Below, piece after piece: positions 49,005-62,100 of a stretch of DNA of 64,000 nucleotides. Source of the stretch: Azolla caroliniana (taxonomy: Eukaryota; Plantae; Polypodiophyta). Location: positions 2,232,001 through 2,296,000 of the forward strand of contig JBHGNT010000022.1 in NCBI GenBank assembly GCA_043228905.1. The letters are read 5' to 3'. Positions within the stretch are counted from its first letter, which is position 1. Each line of letters begins with the position of its first letter. Made by a program: the position numbers and the translations under genes. Under the pieces are notes generated by a model, which saw only the letters and a list, made by a program, of their open reading frames with translations, ran no database searches and had not been told where the DNA came from.

Positions 49005-52000
49005 TGATGATAAGAAAAGATATATATTATGTGAAGAAAATGTACAGGAACTAGGAGGCTTAAGACTGGCGTTGAACCGATTTGGTTCGAAATAATGCCT
49101 TGTGCCTCCTTTTATAGTGTTCTAAGGAATACTCCTGAAGTTTCTAGAATGTTCCAGAGAAATCTGGAATATACATCAATTTTCTATAACAAAACATAAA
49201 TGAAAATAATATTCTACGTATTACAATGTATAATCTAATGGTCAAGAGCTCAACCCATGTAGCATAAGGTCATGGGTTCGAGTCTTGCCATATCATGACA
49301 ATGAGCCGGTTTATGAGCAATCCCGGCAAGGAGTACTGGAACGTGATCAAATGGATACTCTGGTACCTGAAGGGCACTTCGAATATGTGTCTTCGATTCG
49401 GCTCCGGTAAACCTCAACTTGACAATTTTACTGATTCGGACATGTCGGCTGATGTGGATACCAGCCGGTCTACATCCGGGTATGTAATGACATATGCAAG
49501 GGGAGCTGTTTCGTGGCAGTCGAGGCTGCAAAAGACGGTTGCATTGTCAACCACGGAGGTGAAGTACATGGCGACTGTGGAAGCCGGCAAGGAAATATTA
49601 TGGATGAAGAACTTCATCGGAGAGCTCGGTATCCGGCACGATGAACACCGGCTTGTTGCGACAGTCAAAGTGCCATCCACCTTGCTAAGAACACAGCGTA
49701 CCATTCCAGGACGAAGCACATCCAGCGTAGGTATCACTAGATCCGGGAGCGAGTAGAAGATCGAGAGTTCGCGCTGACGAAGATCCACACGGCCGAGAAC
49801 GGGTCAGATATGCTAACCAAAGTACTGATACCCGACAAGCTGGATGCATGTAGGAAGCAAATCGGACTAGTAAGACATCCCATGCCGGAGTGAAGGGGGA
49901 GTTTGTTAGGAAACAGGTCCCTCCGGATGGGAAGTGAGAAGACCCGTTGAGAACCGGATGATGAGTACCCGACAAGGAAGACCCGGTGAGAACCAGATGT
50001 TGCAGGCCCGGTGAGAACCTCTCATCGGATGGAAGGGACATATATGTAAATATGTTCCAGAGAGCCCATTGGGGCTATATTTGTAAATAGCCCAAAAGTC
50101 ATATTAGTATAAATATGACCTAGGGCAAACCTAATAGTTATGATGATAGAGTTGTTGGTGTAACGACTGTACAGAGAGAGAGACAGAGAGAGCGATACAA
50201 AGCATGTCTCTGTTGTAGCCGCCGCTAGGCGAAGATTGTGAGCAAGAGGTCGTTGCCTTTGTGCGCCCTGTTGTATTACTTTATAGAGTGATAGTTTGGA
50301 GTCTGTGGACTCCCGTGGTTTTTCCCTCTCAGGGTTTTCCACGTTAATATCCTGTGTATTCTTTTTCTGTTTTGTCGACTTATCTCCATTCCCATTTCGT
50401 TTGTGTTTTGATTGTCATCAAGTGATCTACGCTTCGGTTGTGGCCAGAGATTAATCCACGCATTTCACGTCAAACAAATCTCGAGACAAACAAATCTCAT
50501 TCAAATTTCAAGAGTGAAGAAGAAGGGTGGTTGGGGAATATTATGGGTAGCAACATTATGAAGAAGAAGACAATTGGTTGTCGTTGGATGTTCAAGATCA
50601 AGCATAATGAGGACAACATGGTCAATAGGTTTAAGGCTCGACTACTTGCCAAGGGGTGACCTTGAGCAAACTTTTTTCCCAATGGCAAAAATGACTACAA
50701 TGAAGACAATAATTGCACTTGCACTAGTGAATGGGTGGCACTTGCATCAAATGGACATGAAGAACACATTCCTCCAAGGGTGAGCTCGAGGAGAACGTTT
50801 ACATGATGCAATCAAATGGCTTCGAATTGAGCAAACATCCGCACTTGGTTTGGCAATTTAAAATGTCGCTCCAAGGACTGAAGCAAGCTTCAAGAATGTG
50901 GCATTAAAAGATCATGTTGTATCTTCACAACATTCAAGGCTTCCGAATGTCAAAATTTTACAACTCCCTATATATTCGGAATGATACATGATCCATGTAT
51001 CGTTCCTTCACATGGTGAAGAAGACCGAGTGAAGGGAGGTACTATTCAGACTTTTAAGATGAAAAAGTTTCTTTAAGAAAATTTCGAGATGAAAGACCTA
51101 AATAACATACATTTTTTTCTCAACATTGAGGTCATTTGAATTCCAAATGAGTTCCTACTCTCATAACAATACGTGTTAAATGTGATCTACAAGTTTAGAA
51201 TTACTAATTGTAAGTCCATATCGACACCCCTGAATTGAAAGTCTAGACTTCGACAAATTCTACGAGTTGACACATTGAGATTGACATATAATTAGGAGGC
51301 TTATCTACTTGAGTAGCACTTGGTTAGACCCCACACACTTTGTCAAGCTCCTTAGCCAGTTCATGCAAATCCCTTGTGACACTCACATGGATTGTGCTAA
51401 GAGAGTGTTATAATATATTAGTGGAACATTTGATCATGGTGTTTTCTACAAGTGTGGAATACTGCTTTGACTTGAAGGGTTCACAGATGTTAACTAGGCG
51501 AGTTGTGCATCTAACAACACATCCAGATTGGGATTTATGTTTTTGCTAGGCAGCAGCAAGAAACATCCACATCAATGGCTTTGTCAAGCACTTGTGGATT
51601 CACTCAGGTCCATCAAATCCATCAACGAATCGATACTAATCCAATTCGCAAAAAAACTAATGTTTCATGTTAGATTAAGCACATTGAGGTGCACTATCAT
51701 TATATACATGAGTGGAAATTGGTCGGAGACATAAACCTCCAATATATTGACACCAACAAGTAGGTGGTCGATATTTTCAAAAAGATACTAGGTCTTGATA
51801 AGTTGCGAAAGGGATTTTATATTTAGATTTTTTGGATTGGCAAGATTATCAACATCGCATACATAGGAATGATGTAAAGACCATGGCTCGACAGTTCGAG
51901 CAACTTCAACCAAGTCTTCAATTATACTAAGACAATTGAGCTTAACAGGATATATAATTTAGAATCAAATTGAACTTGTGTGAACACACATGCTTATAGA

Positions 52001-53973
52001 TAAAAGCACGATGTGTGAAAAAGTGTGTAATCCATGTGAACTATCTAGCTACACGAGGAACTAAATTTTGACATGTAGCATGTTGTCAAGTGTAAATGTG
52101 GTCAAAGAATATAAGATATTGTTATGACAAACTTATACTCAAGTAGATGTCTATGACTAGACTCTACCAACCACATTTAACGTGGAAGTCCCTTGAGGAC
52201 GTGTATATAAAGCCCATTGTTGATGATTTTTAGTCGGTCAATATAGTTCTTTCTTTAGTGTATTTAAGTTGACATCTCCCTCGTGTGTATTTTTCATTTG
52301 TAGTCCACATTTAATGTGGAAATCCCTTAAGGACTTGTGTATAAAGCTAACTTCGCCTATCGTGTTCTATTGATGATTTTTAGTGGATCAATATAGTTTT
52401 TTCCTCAATGCATAAGTTTTCATCCCCCTCATGTTTATTTTTCATAAACCTAGCTATTTTATTTGATTCCTTCTCTTGCTCACACACCTAGTCTCACACA
52501 CACACATGCTTCCGCACACCTCCACTCTATGAGAGTTAGCACTCTTTACACATACCATCCCCCCAAAAGGATATGTCATCATTTTTTATGATCAAGTTTG
52601 GGTCTCATATTCCCAAGTAGTGTGAAATGGAGGACAACCTTTTAAAGACATCAAACATTGATGAAAAGTATGATGCTGTAATCTCTTCTTGTGAACGTCA
52701 AGATATGATCTAGCTTTGAGACAACTAATAAAGGACTATGCAATTGCACGATACCATCCACGACAGTATCTTCATTTAGTAGACACTTCTCTAAAACACA
52801 GGATGTATAGGCAAGCTCTCCTACCTCGAAAGGGTAATCAACAAACACATCCAATCTCCAACCTCAAAGGATCTAGGAGTATGTTTCCTATTGGCAAAGC
52901 TTGTCACAATATCCATAAACTACATGATATTTCTATTAGTTATACCCAACATGTCTCTCAAATCCGTTAAATATTGTGAGGCACTTGGATTACGATTACT
53001 CAATCCCATTGAATATGGACAAGCTAACTCAAATGGGGAAATTTGAATTGTTGAAAACTTTCTATAGTTATGTGTTAACTCAAGCAATGAGAATTAACAT
53101 TACTAGTTGTCTAATAGACAGATACATATGGCGTCAACATGCCTTTTGCCACTTGAATAAACCTTTATGTCATATCTTTAATATTAGGATGTTCTTTGTT
53201 ACTTAACATCAACTTAGTGCCTATTAACAAACTAGTCTAGAATTGTTTTGTGAAGGAAGTATTTTAGTGTAAGACAATAGTCTTAGGTAACCCATGACAA
53301 GGAATATATGTTGAATAAATAGATTGGCTACTTCTTTGGGGGATAAAGTGTGTCATTTTAGTCAAATGATCAATGAAAATTAGCACCGAGTTGTGTTGAT
53401 GTTGAGTAATTACAAGGAAAAATCACCTAATTAGCACTTTAGAAATTACAAGGAAAAATCACCTAATTTGGTACTCATCCGTGGTTCAAAACCCCAATGG
53501 CCTTGTTCAAAATTTGGTTGTTTCTCTTTATGGCGTCTAGACATATGATAACACCATCCTCCTTGCATTGCTAATGTCTCTCTCAACAATAGACATCATA
53601 AATTAAATCTAACAAAATTTCTATTATCAAAGTATTTTCTTAAAAAAGAGATTATGTTCCTCAACTAAAAATTTGTGTCATGTTGCTCTTGTATCCCTCC
53701 TTAAAATTAATTTTTATATTTACCTCATTGGATATTGTAATGTAAATAGATTTGAAATCATATATCAGATATGCAAAATGTGAGGTTCTCAATATCCATG
53801 AAAAATTAAAGACATGTGTTAAAACACTTGAGTGCATTTTCCATCCATTTTAAACCTAGAAAATTACATCATCCATCAAACTTTGAGATAGATGGAACTT
53901 TTGGTGCCATCCACATTATGTATTTGTTTTTTCACAATTACAAATTAAAATTACATCCAATAATTTGGTATAC

Positions 53974-55072
53974 CTATTGCATTTTAGATTCATGACTACA
54001 TGCACTATCCCCTTCCCCTTCAACATCATAATCAGCCTCAAAGTGTGATGAAATTAATCCTGGTAGAGTAAATGTTCTAGCCACTTTAACATCATCAACA
54101 TCATATTGATTATGAAGAGACAAATCCCACTTCATAACTTTTGATTGTTTCATCACACTATCGTCAGTCGAACTTCCATCGATATTTATTTTTGGATATG
54201 TTGCCTCAATATCACTTTCATACTCATTCAAACTCAATGGAAGAGTTTTTGATGAGTAATTCCCTAGCAACCACATACTACGATCCATACATTGGTTTCC
54301 TGTTCCAATGTTGTTGAAATCCAAAGTATTGCACATGCTTGGTATGGTTGATGTTACCAAATTGGATGAAGAGGAAGAATAGGCATGAGGGTTCTTGCTG
54401 CTAATAAGGTGAGAATGTTGCAAAGCCAAAGCTTGTGAAAGCTTGCAAGTCTTTTTTGTCGGATCTGAACTCCCTTGATGGTGGATTGTAAGCCTAGCTT
54501 CGGGCATTAGGGGTACTGAATCGATGCCACTAGCTATACTTATGTCACCTTTCGCTTGTTGATTAGCCCCTCCTTGAGCCTGGTCTGGCAACTTGCTACC
54601 TCTCCTTTGCAACGACTGCATATGTGATTCATCATACGAGAAGCTGGGATCTTCAATATTCGATAGTATCATAAATTCATGATGCGATGTGTCAGGACAC
54701 ATCGTATTAATCGGCATCATATAATCTTTGTATGATGATGCTCCATCCTCTTGTGGTGCTGTTTCTGTCAAAGGTGATATATCATATGCATGCTTTGTGT
54801 CGATTTGTGGTACTAGGTGCGAAATCTGGTCCAAAGAGGGAATTGTCGGTATCGAAGTATTGTATTTGTTTCCAAGCATGGTTGAAACATTCCAACCAAG
54901 TCTTGGTGGGGCTATTAAGCCATGACTAGCAATAGTAGAACTATTATTGTAGGTGGTGTTGGGTTGAACTAGACCCCCTCCAAAAGATGGGTTTCCTCCT
55001 AGGAATGGCAAACTACTCTTGAGAGAGCCTTCACTCAACGATCTTTGCAATGAGTAATTCGGTTCTGACATC
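53974..55072 (-). CDS. Last exon of the JAGGED/NUBBIN-like zinc-finger gene (Ser-rich, EAR-like DLSL)
   Basis: 365-aa open frame. Acceptor ttttgaAG ends at 55073 and is phase-compatible with the upstream 67-nt exon. Confidence 0.75.
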
Positions 55073-55289
55073 CTTCAAAAAGTCAGTAAAACATAAGAGT
55101 TCAAATATATAGACCATTTTACAACTAACATACTTTTATAAGCATTTTAGAAGTAATATGCTTATAAAAGTATGTATATATATAAATCAACATATGTACA
55201 CAATACATATTCCAAAAGTATTCCCTATATCACTCTTTTTCATCAAGTGCTTTCATGAATGAAGAGATTGAAATTTATAAATTACTTAC

Positions 55290-55356
55290 ATGATAAATGG
55301 TAGATCCTGTTGCAGAAGCAATTTCTGTGCATTGATAACTTGTTCTCGCTCTCGCT
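55290..55356 (-). CDS. Internal 67-nt exon of the JAG-like gene (ERERE QVINAQKLL...)
   Basis: Acceptor atgttAG and donor GTAAGT. The peptide resembles the JAG post-finger segment ERETETLNQARQLV. Confidence 0.8.
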
Positions 55357-55455
55357 CTAACATATAGCAAGCAATGCACTTTTTTTACACATTTTGTTTC
55401 CTGTTCATTATACTTTAAAAATAATAATAATATAATAGTAGGTAAAACAACATGC

Positions 55456-55590
55456 CTTCCCTATGCCTATTCATGTGCCCACCAAGAGCTTGCGATTTAG
55501 TAAATTTCATTTGACAGAAACGACATTTGTACGGCTTCAATGATCCTGTCCGATCACCAGTAGTACTACGATTCGGCCTCTTCCTTTTAT
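55456..55590 (-). CDS. JAG: C2H2 zinc-finger exon, JAGGED/NUBBIN-like
   Basis: KRKR...YKCRFCQMKFTKSQALGGHMNRHRE. GC donor AG|GCATGT at 55455. The acceptor ttgcAG at 55592-55591 is inferred. Orthology is untested. Confidence 0.8.
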
Positions 55591-55699
55591 CTGCAATTGG
55601 CAAATTTACCCTCTTAAGGCTTTAAGCATCTACCTTTGTAGTTGTAGTAGTAGCAATAAATGGTTTGTGTTGTAGACAGGTATTTTTTCATTCTTCAAA

Positions 55700-56170
55700 T
55701 CTTTACAAGTCTCCTACTATATATTCAAAAACTTTATTAGGTCTAATTCTCTGTAACCTCAGGGGCATCCATGAAAAATATCCAAAAACTCTATTAAGAA
55801 CAAATATTTTGAATTGTCTTTCAAATCTTTTAAGGGTCTCCTACTACATATTCAAAAACTTTATTAGCTCTAATTCTCTGTAGCCTCACAGGGGTATCCA
55901 TGTAAATATCCAAAAACTCTATTAGGAACAAATCTTTTGTATTGTCTTTCATGAGCAACTAGCAGGGTGGGTCCATTCATGGAGGTATTTTTCTTTATTC
56001 AAACCTTTTAAGGGTCTCCTACTGCATACATATTCAAAAAACTTTATTAGCTCTAATTCTCTGTAGCCTCAGGGGTATTGTCGTAAATATCCAAAATCTC
56101 TATTAAGACCAATTTTTTGGATTGTCTTTCATGAGCAACTAGTACGGTGGATCCATTGATGAATCCAAAA
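55700..56170. repeat. Three degenerate ~130-180-bp tandem units in a putative intron
   Basis: CTAATTCTCTGTARCCTCA..GGGG..AATATCCAAAA.CTCTATTA recurs near 55743, 55870 and 56052. Confidence 0.8.
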
Positions 56171-56531
56171 ACCTCTTCGGTCATTAAAAAACACTGTTGT
56201 AAATACATCGAAACAAAACTCCGCCCGATATTGCACTCTCTTACAATAATGTGTGATAGTTTCCTTAAAGCATGCATGAATCAGTAAGTAGTTAGGATAA
56301 ACAACACCGAGCCATAAATTCTATATTTAACTGAATACCCCTAAGGTTTTACAATATTGCCCTTAAGCTTAATCTCTTATAATCTCGATGGACCAACCCA
56401 TCCTGATCTTGTTTCATCTCGATCGAGCAATCAATAATGTAATGGATCAAGTATGCAAACTGAAACTGATCAACCAATCGAAATTCAACAAAATCATGAC
56501 CCAAAAGTTGAATGAATCCATTAATTACTAC

Positions 56532-56598
56532 CTGATTGTTCACTTTCTGCACTGCTACAGCTTGATACTTCAACATAATGCTTTTCCTCGTCTGTCAT
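56532..56598 (-). CDS. Tentative first coding exon of the JAG-like gene (MTDEEKHYVEVSSCSSAESEQS)
   Basis: ATG at 56598. Donor CAG|GTAGT is phase 1, compatible with the zinc-finger exon. No homology support. Confidence 0.35.
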
Positions 56599-57354
56599 AC
56601 TGAATCGGCAACTATAACACCTTGGTAAATACAATGACAATGTATACAAGTGGGCAAACATAGCAATATGGCAAATATATACATATATATGTAACGTACA
56701 CAATTAAAAGGGAAAACTGAAGAATTGATTAAATACAAAACATCATGTTATAGATACATGCATCTTCTCAAGAGAACGGTTAAATCAAAAGAAATCATAA
56801 TGGAAAAAGCTTTAATTCAATTGTCTCACCTTTACTACATGAATCTTGGTCTTCATCATGAATTCATCGGCACCATCTCTTTATGGAAGGGATTAATGCA
56901 ACTTACAAAAATGTCTAGAAATCAAGAGAGCCATGCATCCCTATATAATTCAAATGCATGTTATTCAGGAGGGATAGAGAGAGGGGGTGAAAACAGAGGG
57001 AAAAAAACATATAAAAAGAGAACACAAAATAATGATAACAAAACACTTGAGGGAAGATATGGTCTGCTCTAAATGATCAAAGACGGAGATAAAAAGGGAA
57101 GAGAACACAAAAAAGGATCAAAAAACAAAGGGATGAAAACGCAAAAAAAAGAATCAGAAACAGATGGAAGAGAAACCTTATATGGGATTAAAAAAACATA
57201 GAGAGAGTGAGAGAGAGAGAGTTGATTGGATTTGGTGATCAAAAAAGGCAACAGAGAATATGATCAAAATATACTACTTTTTGGTTACACAATCTGGGTC
57301 TATGAGAAGACATATTAGAGGAGCACAGTGTTGTCAAGAAGAAACAGAGTAATC

Positions 57355-57385
57355 TGAAGAAGAAGAAGAAGAAGAAGAAGAAGAA
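57355..57385. repeat. (GAA)n microsatellite
   Basis: About 10 GAA units. Confidence 0.9.
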
Positions 57386-57624
57386 GGAACATAGATGTGG
57401 TGATGGTTGCATGCTTCAGGGGGGCTGCCATGTGTGAGAAAGGAAGAGAAGAAGGCCATGAGTCTCTCTGTCTATCTGTCTGTCTCTGTTTCTCTCCCAT
57501 TCAAACACACATACATACATCTAAATGGGCACACACAAAAGCAAAAAGCAATGAGATTTCATGATCAAAAGAAAGAGTTCAAAACTTAACACATAAAAGA
57601 AGCAAGTCATTGGCTTCTGCAAGA

Positions 57625-57631
57625 GGCTCAA

Positions 57632-57683
<52 letters not shown>

Positions 57684-57690
57684 AGGCTCG
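57625..57690. repeat. (GGCTCR)n hexamer microsatellite upstream of the zinc-finger gene
   Basis: About 11 GGCTCA/GGCTCG units. Confidence 0.9.
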
Positions 57691-57879
57691 TCACACTCAT
57701 GTGATTATTATTGCCTTGGCACCGCAAGGTGGAGGGTGCCTCGTGGATGTTTCAACTTTCTGTATGGGTTTAGAGGAGGAGAACTTTGGAATGGCCCTTA
57801 TTAAAAACATGATATAAACAAAAAAATTGCTATTGAATTTTCAAACTTAAAACTTAAGAAACCTCTTATGTGTGTGATT

Positions 57880-58220
57880 ATTGATAATGCCACATGACAA
57901 GAATTGAACCCTCAACCTCCCATGTCATAACTAGGTCTCATACCCAATGTATCTTAATAAATCGTGTCATTATGGTCATAAATCCTTTTGTCATTCTAGA
58001 AATGTCTAGAAAGTCATAGAAAACTTTGCGACACGCACATATATTTCTAGAATATTCTTTGCTTCCATGCATGTATTAATAGGGTTGTTCATATTTATCC
58101 CAATCAAAGTGAACAACACCAGTTAAGGAATCAAAAGCACAAGTCATTCTTTCTCTCAATATCTTCTCTTACGTCACATTCCTTCCCTCTTTTATGTTTT
58201 GCTCTAACTTTTCGCGACAA
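57880..58220 (+). repeat. Decayed LTR-like sequence distantly related to the Tcn1-like LTR
   Basis: Has the TTGAACCC..ACCTCCCATG module and TTCTAGAA motifs in the same order as the copy 1 LTR, followed by a weak gag-like remnant (KFD). Confidence 0.4.
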
Positions 58221-58406
58221 ATTGTTCACCTTCGCCTTCCTAAGGCTCATCATGTCTAACTCCACCAATAACATAAAACAGAGGGTGGCAACATTACAGC
58301 AACTCCAGATAAAAAATGAGAACCTTCCAGAATCATTGCGGAAACTTCAAGAAGCACCATCTATTATTTCTTCCACAAATTTGATGACATGAGGATGCAC
58401 TATTAA

Positions 58407-59140
58407 CATGTTTGCAAGGATAAGGAATATTCCATTTGATTTCAGGGTTTCTTTTAACCATCTCACAAAACATGTGATACTTGTATCACATGTGCTCAAA
58501 AACTCAATGGAAAAACTTAAAATCTCACCATGTTATTGTTAGGAACAGTACTATGACAGAGAGGGATTTAGTACTAAGAGATGCGAATTAGTACTAAGAG
58601 AGAGAAAAGGGTGTAGAACTCACGAGATAAGGAAAGAGAGAGAGAGAGAGAGAACATGCAAGGATAAGGAATATTCCGTTTGATTTCAGGGTTTCTTTTA
58701 ACCATCTCACAAAACATGTGATACTTGTATCACATGTGCTCAAAAACTCAATGGAAAAGCTTAAAATCTCACCATGTTATTGTTAGGAACAGTACTATGA
58801 CAGAGAGGGAATTAGTACTAAGAGATGCGAATTAGTACTAAGAGAGAGAAAAGGGTGTATAGCTCACGAGATAAGGAAAGAGAGAGAGAGAGAGAACATG
58901 CAAGGATAAGGAATATTCCGTTTGATTTCAGGGTTTCTTTTAACCATCTCACCATGTGATACTTGTATCACATGTGCTCAAAAAACTCAATGGAAAAGCT
59001 TAAAATCTCACCATGTTATTGTCAGGAACAGTACTAAGAGAGAGAGGGAATTAGTACTAAGAGATGTGAGTTAGTACTAAGAGAGAGAAAAGGGTGTAGA
59101 ACTCAAGAGAAAAGGAGAGAGAGAGAGAGAGAGAGGAGTG
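58407..59140. repeat. Tandem triplication (~243 bp) spanning the host/LTR junction of Tcn1-like copy 4
   Basis: GCAAGGATAAGGAATATTCC at 58414, 58658 and 58900. Each unit is flank plus about 110 bp of LTR end. Confidence 0.92.
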
Positions 59141-62100
59141 AGAGAGAGAGAGAGAGGGAGAATGATGATAACAAAAGATATATTATATTATATGAAGAGT
59201 AAGTAGAAGAATAGTTATGAGGTTTAAGATTGGTGTTGAACCGATTTGGTTTGAAATAATGTCGTGTGCCTCCTTTTATAGTGTTTTTAGGAGTACTCCT
59301 GAAGTTTCTAGAATGTTCTAGAGAAATCTGGAAATGTACATCAATTTTCTATAGTGAAATAATAAATGAAAATAATATCCTTTGTATTACAATATATAGT
59401 GTAATGGAAAGGGTTCAACCCATGTAAGATAAGGTCATGGGTTTAAATTTTGCCATATCATGACACTATCCCTCTTTTAAAACGACGAGTGTGACGAGTC
59501 ATTTTGGATTGAGGACCCGATTTGTCTGGATATTGACAATGGAAGTCTTCAAGAAGGGCACGAACATTGGTCATATTCTCTATTGGTTCCCAAGTACGCT
59601 CACTAGGGCTATATCCTAGCCAATCGACCAAATAGTAGATCTTGTTGCGAACAATCTTGGAATCAAGGATGGCGGCAACCTCGTACTCAGGTCCATCTTA
59701 AAGTTCGATCGGAGGTGGAGGTGGTTTGATACGACCTAGGATAGTGTTGGCCTGATACGGTTCTAGAAGAGAACTATGAAATACCGGATGTGTACGTAGT
59801 TGTGGAGGTAGATCGAGACGAAAAGCGACATCATTAATTTTTTCGATAATACAAAAAGGACCCAATCACCGATAATCCAATTTATCGCATGGGCGAGTAG
59901 TCTTGATGTGTCGTCGTAATAGCCATACCCGATCTCCAATGTTAAAACTGGATGGAAGCCGATAACGATCCGCATAATCCTTGTGTGTTTGTTGAGCTTG
60001 TTGTAAATGAGTAGATAAATCCGCTTGTATCTTGTATAACCGCTCCAAATGATCCTCTGCACAAGGATTCGTGGGTAACTTCGGAGTTTTGAATACACAC
60101 CATCGGGGATGATAGCTCATATAAACATAAAATGGTGTAACCTTAGACGATGAGTGGACAGAGTTATTATACGCAAATTCGGCGAAGTGGAGAATATCCG
60201 CCCAGTCATCTTGGTGATAGCTTAGAAAACACCAAAGATATTGTTCCAGCATTTGATTTGTTCGTTCTATTTGTCTGTATGTTTGCGTGTGGTAGTCGGA
60301 GGAGAGGTTACAAGTGACCTTGAGCATTTTGAAGAGGTGTTTCTAGAATTTCGAGACGAACTGGGGTCCACGGTCGCTAATGATACTATCGGGGAGGCCA
60401 TGATGCCAACATACCTCACGCATGACAATTTCGGCGGTTTCTTCACTAGTGATTTCCTTAGTACATGGCAAGAAATGGGCCATCTTTGTATATTGATCTA
60501 CTACTGTTAAGATTGCATCGAATCCCTTAGAAACTGGAAGATCTGTGATGAAATCTAGAGCAACGGATTGCCACGACTTTCTTGGAATTGGTAATGGTTC
60601 CAATAAACCATATGGATGATGTCTTGGCATCTTTTCTCTGCAACATGTATCACATGTCCGAACATAATCTTCGACAAATCGTCGCATATGGGGCCACCAG
60701 AAATATCGTTGTACTAAATCTAACGTTTTAGTACTACCAAAATGCCCAGTTGTATGTGTCATGACAATTTTGGACTACTCGAAGGCAACAAGAACCATTA
60801 GGAACATACAAGAGCTTCTTAAAGAATAGTAATCCATCATGACATTTGAATTGTTGATAATCCGTACCTGGTTGTTGCGACTGTGAACAAGATGCCCGAG
60901 AGGAATCAATTTGTGCTAGAATGGCTTGAGCGAAAGTATCTGTCTTCAAGTCCTCACGTATGGTATTGATAATGTGGGAATCCAATGGCATATCAACAAC
61001 TCGCGTTGCTTGCAGTCGTGCCGGTCCCAAGATTACTTGCTTTTGGTTATCGAATGGTAGCTCACCGGGACACGGTGCTAGATATGAGCGTCACGATAAC
61101 GCAACAGCCTTCCCTTGCTGCTTCCTAGGATGATATGTAATTTTGAAGTAAAAAAGAGTGAGGACTTGGGCCCATCGAGCTTGACGTCGATTTAATACAC
61201 GAGCATTCTGGAAGTAGGCAAGATTTTTGTGATCACTGAATATAGTGATTTGATGAGAAGATCCTTCTAGAAAATGTGTCCATTGCGTAAAAGAGTCCAC
61301 TATTGCTAATAGCTCTTTATCGTGAATTTCATAGTTGATTTCGGCAGCGTCAAACTTGCGTGAGTAGAAAGCCACAAGATGTAGCTTTTCATCATCGCCT
61401 TGTTGTGAAAGAATGCTACCCAAGGCGAAATCCGATGCGTCTGCCTCCTTGATGAAAGGTTTTGCCAGATCAACATGAGCTAGAGTAGGAGCTGATGTGA
61501 ATGCCTTCTTAAAACTGTCAAAAGCCATGTCCGCTTCTTTAGACCAAACAAACGATTGCCCCTTCTTGGTAAGCTGTGTGAGAGGTAGAATAAGCTTTGA
61601 GTAATCCTGTATAAACTTGCGGTAAAAATTGGCAAAGCCCAAAATGCATTGCACATCTCGCAATGAACGTGGAGTCTACCACTCTATCACAGTTTTAACC
61701 TTAGCTGGATCCATAGAGATGCCTTCCGAGGAGATGACATAGCCTAGAAATTCCACCTGGTTGCACTCGAAACTACATTTTTCTAGTTTTGCATAATTTA
61801 AAGACCATGTTCTCGAAGCCGTTTTAGTACTGACAGTACATGAGAATCATGCTCTTCTTGGGTCTTCGAATAAACTAGTAGATCATCCAAATAGATGATC
61901 AAACAAACATCCAAGAGATCTTGGAATATATCATTTGCCATATGCTGGAAGACTGCTGGTGCATTAGTGAGACCGAATGGCATGACCGTATACTCGAAGT
62001 TCCCATATCTGGTGTGAAACGCGGTCTTCCATTCATCTCTTGGTCGGATCCGCACGAGGTTATATGCTCCTCGTAAGTCGATCTTTGTGAAGAACCTTGC

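Larger units (their letters stand above)
43689..49300 (-). mobile_element. Tcn1-like chromovirus, copy 3 (most intact)
   Basis: LTRs 43689-44118 and 48871-49300 (TGTCA...TGACA). TSD GTGAG/ATGAG. gag from ATG 48796 to TAA 47687-47685. pol in the -1 frame through the chromodomain, with about three frameshifts. Confidence 0.95.
39499..50472 (+). mobile_element. Full-length Ty1/Copia element C (Tnt1/Tork-like), interrupted by Tcn1-like copy 3
   Basis: LTRs 39499-40220 and 49904-50472. PBS TGGTATCAGAGC at 40224-40235. PPT GAAGGGGGAG. gag from ATG 40252, WVVDSGASFH, LVHTDVC, LLYVDDML, SRSTSGY, VSWQSRLQKTVALSTTE. Confidence 0.93.
35688..52550 (+). mobile_element. Old, heavily decayed Ty1/Copia element E, host of the second nest
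   Basis: TSD CATAC (35683-35687 and 52551-52555). LTRs 35688-36121 and ~51956-52550. PBS TGGTATTAGAGC at 36122-36133. Decayed gag/PR/INT at 36280-39450 and RT/RH at 50520-51820 (IGCRWMFKIK, FKARLLAKG, LHQMDMKNTFLQG). Confidence 0.82.

Noticed and set aside
52560-53210. Possible plant-mobile-domain remnant (LIDRYIWRQHAF)
   Set aside because: Similarity is too short to support without a profile search.
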